Notes under the pieces: model-generated
The model's database searches: none
The model's input: only the letters and a program-made list of their open reading frames with translations
Told to the model about the DNA's origin: nothing
Part shown: piece by piece, positions 33,273 through 41,016 of the stretch
Numbering within the stretch: position 1 is the stretch's first letter
How the letters are laid out: the number at the start of each line of letters is the position of its first letter
Program-made: the position numbers and the translations under genes
NCBI GenBank assembly: GCA_000708835.1
Contig: DF237665.1
Location: 1 to 41,016 of the forward strand
DNA length: 41,016 nucleotides
Direction: 5' to 3'
DNA from: Klebsormidium nitens
Lineage: Eukaryota > Plantae > Klebsormidiophyceae

Positions 33273-36200
33273 ATGAGTGGTTACAAAGGTTCAACTGCAG
33301 GAATGGAAGGAGGAGCGCCCAACGTGCTGATTGTGGACAGCACTCTTGAAAGCAGCCGTCATTGGCATGAGGGAGAGAACCTGTTGGGTAAAGGGGCAAT
33401 AGTTCGCACCATAGGCTGCGTTGGGCAAGTCTCAGCGCTGGGTCCCGTCAATGGCTTAAGTGCGCGGGTAGTACAAGTACCGGCAGCCATTCCCCCATTT
33501 CAACCACGGGCAAACTATTCAATGCCTGGGAACCTCGAGCCTAGTCACTTCTACCTGGACTTTGGTCTTGTCCACACCCTATATCACAGCGACGCATGGA
33601 TTCGGCCCAATGTCAGCAAAGGTGGGCTCCGGCAAACCTGCAACAGGTGTGGCAAGGAGATTCACAGTAGCAGGAACTATCCATACAATTTCAAGGAGAA
33701 CCTATACGGGGCATACATATGCGAGCAAGGGAACCACGCGTTCTGCTTAAAGTGCCTTGACAAGCTCAGCAACGAGCATGGGCCACTCCATACACAGACA
33801 GGCGAACCGGTTCCGGTTGCTGGGGTGTTTGAACTGATCCCACATGATGCAGGGGGCACTTTCTGCTTCCAGCGCCGGGATCTGGTTGGCTGCTGGAAGT
33901 GCAAGGGGCTTCCGATGCGGAAGTTTGAGCAGAACAAGCAACGGTGTGAGGGTAAACGGAAAGCAGAGCAAAGAGAGAGGGACGAAAGCTCGATCCAGCC
34001 CAGGAAGCAGCGAGCTCGGACAAGGGTGGAGGAAGAGGTGAGAAGATCAAGTTCAAGGTCTACCTGGACATTGCAAATGTCACACTGTTACAACGCTTGC
34101 CAACGTTTATGCGCCCGGTTCCGGGGGCTCCAACTCGGAATTGCTCTTATGGCTCTGCATCGGCAAGTGACTCTGGTTCAAGTTTCCCAATCGGGCATCC
34201 CAATGTCGCTCACAGCAATTGTGAACATGGAAGGAACGCCATCCGGGATACAGGCTGGCCGGCCTAACCCTGCGGTGAGTCCAAGCGGGCCTACATTGCG
34301 ACTCTGAATTGTCTTCTGAATGAACATTTTGACGCTGAAGGCCACTTGTTGCTTCCATTTCCGCAGGACCTGCCGGTTGATATGCGGCTTCTCTCACTCC
34401 GCAAACTTGCACCAGGATGCTGGTTGGTTCCTGACTCATCAAAGAGGGAGCTTACCTACCAGTCTACCTCCGGGAAGCCGCGCAACATTCCCCGCTTGGT
34501 CTACCTCGACAACTGTGGAACGATACGCTGCAGCCATTGTTCCGGCCATCGAAGCGCTGTGCAGTGCGAGCACACACGCTCTGTCACTAAGCACCTGCAG
34601 ACTCGTCTGAAGCAGGCTGGGTGCACAAACGCCGCGGCTTCCTTTTTGGATATCGAGGAGTGCTTCGACGAGTATTGTACTGAGCTGGAGGTTTTGCGGG
34701 TTGTCCAACCTCAAACGGACGGCTGCATATACCTGGACAAGCGGAGAAACTTGCAGAAGGAGTCACCCGATTTTGCTACGTCCTTCCTTGGGCCCAAAAT
34801 CGAGTTTGTTTGTGGTGCGGGCGGAGGTCAAAGGGCGGTATAAAGAAGCGGTCGGTTTGTGGGACGGAAGCGCAGGCTCTGATCCGATGTCAGCATGGTT
34901 CTGCTCGGATCCCCGGTGCCAAAAGGCTATTCAAGCGAAGCTTCGGACCGAAAGCTTTTGCTGTGAGCACTTTGACAAAGTCGAGGGGGCTTTTTCAGAG
35001 GTTCTACGGCTGAGTAGGGGTTTCAAAGAAGCTCGCCCACAAGCCGCGAACACAGGACAACTATTGTTGGAGGGGTGACGGTCGAGCCGACGACGGCCAT
35101 GCCCGAAATCGGCAGGGGAGTGGAACCAGAGGGAAAAGACGGCTTGGCGGCAGCAGTGCCTCCTTTGGGAGAAACAACGGGGGGGTAGCAAGCTGGCATG
35201 GCTCCTGTCCATACAAGCCACGATAGAGTAATTGCGCTGCGAGGAGGCCCCTACCCCCGAATCCTCGTCTGCAACGATCCGGTGTGTCGAGCGTCCGCCC
35301 CTGGATCGCAACCGTGTAGCAAGCCGGATCACGCAGGAGAAGAGTGGGAGTGCCCATCAAGCGAGCGTCGACGAAATCAATATAGAGCCGACCACTGGCA
35401 GGCAGTCGACACGCTGTCACTGGGGGGGTGTGCGGGTCCGGCGGGCGAATGGAGTGACGCTGAGTGGGCAGCGCGGTCGGAACAGAGGCTTTTCTCTGCG
35501 CCTCGAGAGAAAGCGCAGGGCTCAGGGCGCGCATGCAGTTTGCCATGGGTGGTGAAGAGCTCGATGGCCACGGTATATTGTGGAGGGGGCCGAAGTGCGA
35601 TCCAGATTGAGAGGCGAAAGCTGATCTGTCAGGGGGGTTGCTGCACGCTTTCATACTCGGGCCGAGAAGATGGGGTTTACGCGTACACCTCCGAAAGTCT
35701 TTTCCTCTATGAGGCAATTGTTATTCCCCATCTTCAAAATGCCCAGGGGGCCACGTTTCAGTCCTACCATATGGTAGAGAAGCAGGCGTCTGCTCTCCTT
35801 GCAGTCCCGGGGGCCTCCCATCCTCCTCCCGTTGGGGACTCGAACTTTGACAGGGCTATCCGAGCCTTCAACGTATCTGCGGCCCGGGACTTGGCGTATT
35901 GTTGCTCCAGCCAGCTATGCAGTGGCCTATTTGGACGAGCGGCGGATCTGGAATCCACGTCTTTGGTGAGCCGAGAGGGTCGGAGCGAATATGACGACTT
36001 TGCTCTGACTGGAAAAGCGATCGTGGGGGACGGAACTTTGTTTTCCAATTCCTCAGTGGTCCGCGATTCTTGCCTGGGGAGCATTCGAAGCCTTAGCCAC
36101 CCCACCCCCGACTCCCCCATCTTCACAAACCATACTACTCCAAGAATGCCCCCGGCGCAAGCACCTCCCCAGCAAACAGTGGATGTTCCATACACTAGCC

Positions 36201-38148
36201 GCACGTTTGTGCGGATTCCCAACGATAATCGGCTGCTCGTCAAGCTGTGGGCCAACGACCGTCATATCCCCTCGTCAGCAAATGCAGCCGGCAACCAACC
36301 GCTTACTCCAGATCAGTTCGACAAGATGTACAACTCGTTACCGGAGAGCTTTAAGGGGCTTGTGACAAGGTTGCTCATTGATCCACCGAATTGTGCCGGC
36401 GGACTCTCCTGCTCTATATGCAGGGGTGTCGTACAGCGGAAGTGGATGGGAAAATACCGGGGCCCACTCCGGGAGGCTAGTGGAGAGCTGTCGCGCATGG
36501 GTTGGGCGCACGACCACTTTTTCCACTATTCTGTGCTGATCAGCACTCTGTTAGGCTCGGACCACTCTCGGGCCCAGCTTCTGCGGGTTAACAGCCTCAA
36601 GATCACCCGCAAGGCGCTTCTTGGGGGGACGATTACGAGCACAGAGCTGCGACATCTGGAGCGTGATGCGCCTTTGATTGGGGCCATATTACGAAGCTAC
36701 CCCGATCCCCACAGCAAACCCGACGAGTTGCTATTTGAGCAGTCGTTCCTTCCTGTGCTCCGAGACCTCTACTGCACCGCCATGGTGTCGTTCGAGCCTT
36801 CCAGTAATCGTTGCACAGCTGAGGGACAATCCCCCCTCCGTAAGTTGGTGGATGCTTTCGAGTGCATCGTTCAAAAGGGGCGGCTTGAGCGGGCGCTGCA
36901 ATATCGTCTTCTAACGGAGGCTGGTGGTGACGGCACCGTGGTTGCCAATCTACGCCTGTCGGTGTCTCGTGCCACAGAGAAGGTGGTCGCAGCGTTGGAG
37001 TCGGCAACCGAGGCTCTTGCTCCTTTGGAGATCAAGCTTCCGTCCGAAATCGGCACCATGCCGGCTACGCCAGAATACCAGCGTCGAGCATCTCTCGTGG
37101 GCTTCTACCCCCATGGCCAATTGCCCAAGTGGATGCGGCCCCACTTTCCAGATTTTGAAGGACCGGACGGCTACTCCAAATCCCGGAGAGAGGATATTAA
37201 ATGCAACGGGGTCCGTTCGGACCTCGTGAAACTAAAGGGCATGGCCGGCTTATTCCTTATCTGCTGCCCGGATGGGTACGTGATAGGTAAGCAATTGCTC
37301 TGATCTACGTTGTCATTTGAAAGCACGCTTTGAATGTCCATGATCAAACCGCCTGGTCAGTACGTTGATTCAAGATACTATACTCATAGCCATCAATAGT
37401 AATGCACCGGCTTCGATCAACGTTTGCTGATCAGCTAACGCAACTTGTCACACTGATTGCGCAGGGTTTCACTACATGGTGGGTGGGGAGAGCGTTTCGG
37501 ATCTATTCACGCTATTGGTTACACTCTATTCGTTCGAGCAGCTCAAAGGGTTGACCATCATCTACGACAACAGGTGAGCCTTGAAAGAGGAACAACGGTT
37601 TGTACGTGTCGACGCATCCTTTGCAGGTTGCTAGAGAGCACGTACGTAGGTCCAATCAGAGTAACTTACTACCACTGTCCTTGCTTGCAAATGCCTGATT
37701 AGTTCAAGAGCAGTAAGTAAATGCAACATGAGTGACGTTTTGACCATCATAGTTCGAGCCCTTAAGAGGACCTTCGATCTCTGTTCAAACGCTTTCGAAA
37801 CACACTCAATTCCGCTTTCATTGCAGCTGCAAACTGTACGAGTACATTCTCGACCGGATACCAGGCCTTGGAAAATTCCTCCTTTGCGTCCTAGACCGGA
37901 TGCATTCTGGAAAGGAGCCAGCTCCGATCCATTCGTGCCCCCAGGGATTCCATATTGACACGTTTAACAGAACGCACGGGACAACAAAGACGCCAAGTGC
38001 TGAAATGGTAAACGGTTCATTGAAAAGGATCAATCAAAGTCTGTCCCAGATACAAAGTGTTGATTACTTCATGCTTCGCTCCGGCACGTGTTTAGATATC
38101 ATAGCGCAGGGTAGATCTACAGGCAATTTCAAAGCAGTACGGAGGTAG
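33273..38148 (+). pseudogene. KDZ transposase 2 with N-terminal Cys cluster, SWIM-like fingers and CxC domain; spliced and disrupted
   Basis: CNRC..CEQGNHAFCLKC; CSHCSGHRSAVQCEH; intron 34275-34366; IVGDGT; GLFLICCPDG|GFHYMVGGES..IIYDN|SCKLYEY..LDRMH..HSC..SAEMVNG. The 3' exons are 37465-37573 and 37827-38148. Frameshifts near 34840 and 35072, TAG at 35186. Start uncertain. Confidence 0.85.
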
Positions 38149-38941
38149 CTGGGCCGTGGTTATCGATCCAAGTTTATAACCGTCCGAGCGTTGTATGGTT
38201 TCAGATGTTCTTCATTGCTCGATATACCACGGTTCACGATCACTTGTGCGCGCCATGTCCTACTAGACCCCATGCCTGCCAGAGCCCCTGACAAAATGAC
38301 ATGACAGTTGTAAACGCATTGCCACTGCCTAGCAAGCGGGAAAACGTGACATGCTCGATTGAATTATCTGATTATAAAAGTCAAAAACCCGGGGTTTTGA
38401 ATCACATATTTGAATTGCACCCTGCAAGAGGGTTTTTCACGGGATATAGCTTCCATCCGTCAGTTTTCGTCAAAAAAACGTGACAATGGTAAATGAATTA
38501 TCTGACCATGTTTTAACAGGGTTCTCAGGCAGTTATGAGTTATCCAAAGATAACTCGGATCCACATCTTGAAGTCTCTCAAAGCATCAGCACTGTTGAGT
38601 CAATCCTGATGCCTTCTCTATAGATAACCCGGATCCACATCCTGAAGTTGGCTAATGTTTGTAAACATCGGCAATGTTGGGTCGATCCTGATGCAATCGA
38701 TACTTAATTGAGATGCGCGCCAAGCGTTGAAGTTGGAAGCCGCTGAGCGGTTGCACAACTCAGGCTTGGTTCTCCCAGCTTGTGCTTTTCGTGAAAGCGC
38801 CGGATTTTGTGACAAGCTGTTGGGCCCAACCTTCAGGCTTCAAGCGGCATGTCCATTGCACATGTTCGTCTGGATCCAATTCTCAGGAATTATTTTCTCC
38901 CTACACTTATATGCTGTGCATACCAGCCTCTAGTCAAGAAC

Positions 38942-39747
38942 ATGGATTGCAAGGGGGCAGATCGGGTCCGTAGGTTCTTCAATGACGGAATTCGTAGCAA
39001 GAAATCGGCAGAGCAGTATGCTAAAGCCCTTCTCTTTGTGTGGCGATTAATTTCAAAAGACCCGGTTCCAGATCAACTAGAGTGGATCGACGAACGTCCA
39101 GACGCCATAGTCCAAGAAATACATGCACGATACACACAACCAGCCTCCATACGAACGCGCCTTGGCCCATTTTTGGCCGCTTGTAAGAAACTTGAGTACG
39201 TCGCTGCATACAAACGCTATTTGAAAGCTTTTCAGTCACAAGCCGGGTCGTTGAAAAAACACATAGAGGTACGGAAACATGAAACCAGCGACGAAATGTC
39301 AAAGGAAGAAGTCAAGGACTACATTGAACGCATTTCGCGCAAGGTTCGGCATATCCCGTTTGACCAGGAAGAATACGATGTCAACGATGTCAAGTCTATC
39401 ATGCGCCAGATGATACTCCTGTTTCATACGCACATCTCAGAAGATGTGAGAAAAAAGGTACTGCTTTATGAGCTGCTAATTGTTGAAAGCATAAGTGAAG
39501 CACAGAAGGTCGCATGTGCTATCGTTGAGCTCTCGCATAAGAAGCATACTCTTGTTATCAATGGTAAATGCCATCCGATAACCGACCATTCTCGAAGTAT
39601 GTTCATAAGTCGCTCAGGTTGTTTCCTCGTCCGTTTTTGATTTCATCGCTATCTGATCCAACCAAAGCCATGTCAAGCTCAAATTACAGCATGTTTTGTT
39701 CTCAGATGGAACGGGATGGCAGAAGAGTGAACTTGACGAACCTTTGA
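38942..39747 (+). pseudogene. Truncated tyrosine-recombinase-like paralog, copy 2 (frameshift near 39580)
   Basis: RVRRFFNDGIRS..RTRLGPFLAACKKL matches copy 1. The shifted frame FSKYVHKSLRLFPRPFLISSLSDP..SNYSMFC..VNLTNL* ends at the same aligned position as copy 1. Confidence 0.75.
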
Positions 39748-39790
39748 GGATTTTTTCCTAACGTTATCTAAGGTACCTTCAGATGGAAAC

Positions 39791-40861
39791 ATGGATCAAC
39801 GCTTATATGATATGTTAAAGGTCAAGCCGGAAGATATCTTTGGTCGACCCAAAGAGCGCACTGATAGTACAGTAAAGACCTACATCCGCCAAATCCGCCA
39901 GGTTTTTCAGCACATGTTTCCTAGCAATTATGAGATGGTGGACCTTAATTGGATTGATGATCATGACTTGGTCATTGAAATCGTGAACGATCTACCAATA
40001 AAGAAGCTGACGAAAGCAAATTTCGTTGCGGGCTTCATCGTTCTTGCAAAGCTTCTAGGTTATCATGACGCATATGAGGCATACTCCGAGTACAGCAGAC
40101 AGCAAAAGCCGACCATTGAGGAGGCAGATGCTCAGCATCAGGTACCTACTGAGAAGGAATGAACAAATTGGGTCAATTGGAAGGATATTGTGGAGCTAAG
40201 GGAAAAGCTTAACCGGCAGCTTGAAGCCTTGGTCGTCCCCAAGTATTATGCTTAGAAACCACTCAACTTTGAAAACAAACAGCTCATTAACGATCATCTG
40301 ATCCTAGCACTGTACACAATGGGGCTTGGACCTATGCGAAACGAGCTTGCTAACTGCAAAGTTGTACATGCAGACGAAACAGACGACTTGTCTACACTAC
40401 TCAGAAATGCGAGAGGCAAAGAGAACTACGTGTACATGCACGGCTCAGATAAGGCGCGGTGCTATTTCTACATATGTCAGCACAAAAACCTATCAACACT
40501 TGACATTCGCAAACATCAAGTGCCGCTTGACATGCTGAACATGATCTTGAGATCACTCAATCTCGTTCCCCGAACGTACCTTCTACTGAAACGTTCATAC
40601 CTCGATTTCAAAGACGAGCGCATTTCAAACATGGCGGCTGTATTTCGTGATCTCGGCCTTCGACACTTTGATAAGCAGCTTTCCTGCACATTGCTCCGCC
40701 ATATCTCACACACCGAGCTTAGTCCGGATCTCACAAAGGCAGAACTGCGACAAAAGTGTAACTGGATGGGGCACTCGATGGACATGGCACGCGAAAGCTA
40801 TCAGAGAAACATGAAGCATATTGAGAAGCACCTCAAAAAGGATTGGACACACTTGATGTAG
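39791..40861 (+). pseudogene. Tyrosine recombinase/integrase, copy 2, two in-frame stops
   Basis: One continuous frame with TGA at 40160 and TAG near 40254. GPMRNE, HKN, TLLRHISHT, MGHS and ARESY motifs; colinear with copy 1. Confidence 0.9.
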
Positions 40862-41016
40862 GGACTTGGACGCAAAGTTGAAGCGCGCAGCATGAATCAA
40901 TTGGGAAAGAGCTCGGGTGGCAGGCGAAGCGCCGCGTGCAAGCTCATCGAGGAGCTTGTTCTCTGCTTCCAAACTCGTTATCTGAATCAACTGACGGTTG
41001 GCTGTTCTCTTTGACC

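Noticed and set aside
12455-40861. Alternative genetic code or stop read-through explaining the in-frame stops
   Set aside because: All three stop codons occur, frameshifts accompany them, and gene A reads without internal stops in the standard code.
1-41016. Major capsid protein, packaging ATPase, pPolB or other NCLDV core genes
   Set aside because: None recognisable by eye in any ORF; a profile search is needed to exclude highly diverged versions.

Overview
This is eukaryotic nuclear DNA, shown by GT-AG spliceosomal introns. The host cannot be fixed from sequence; a streptophyte or green alga is a guess. The window is almost entirely mobile or virus-like DNA. (1) A virus-like module recurs in diverged copies: a Prim-Pol/D5-type SF3 primase-helicase plus a tandem pair of tyrosine-recombinase (YR) genes, the upstream one truncated before its catalytic motifs. 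One helicase (3056-9590) can be modelled as an intact 7-exon gene. The second helicase (15232-18062) and both YR pairs (12455-14450, 38942-40861) have no introns and are decayed. No capsid, packaging ATPase or pPolB gene is recognisable. (2) Two divergently oriented, intron-containing KDZ (Kyakuja-Dileera-Zisupton) transposase pseudogenes occupy about 18.5-24.3 kb (-) and 33.3-38.1 kb (+). (3) The most unusual signal is non-coding. I count 21 perfect TGACGTCA palindromes, all in introns or intergenic DNA. Most sit 33 (+/-1) nt from a TGTCCAAG doublet across a variable linker. They lie beside a small gene encoding a zinc finger plus a bZIP-like basic region, a candidate cognate reader. (4) Other fixed-geometry repeats are a 32-bp phased GTGTACA array, phased GTGGAC-GGTACC boxes, and six ~59-bp inverted-repeat units. 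All exon models and alignments were read by eye and need computational confirmation.
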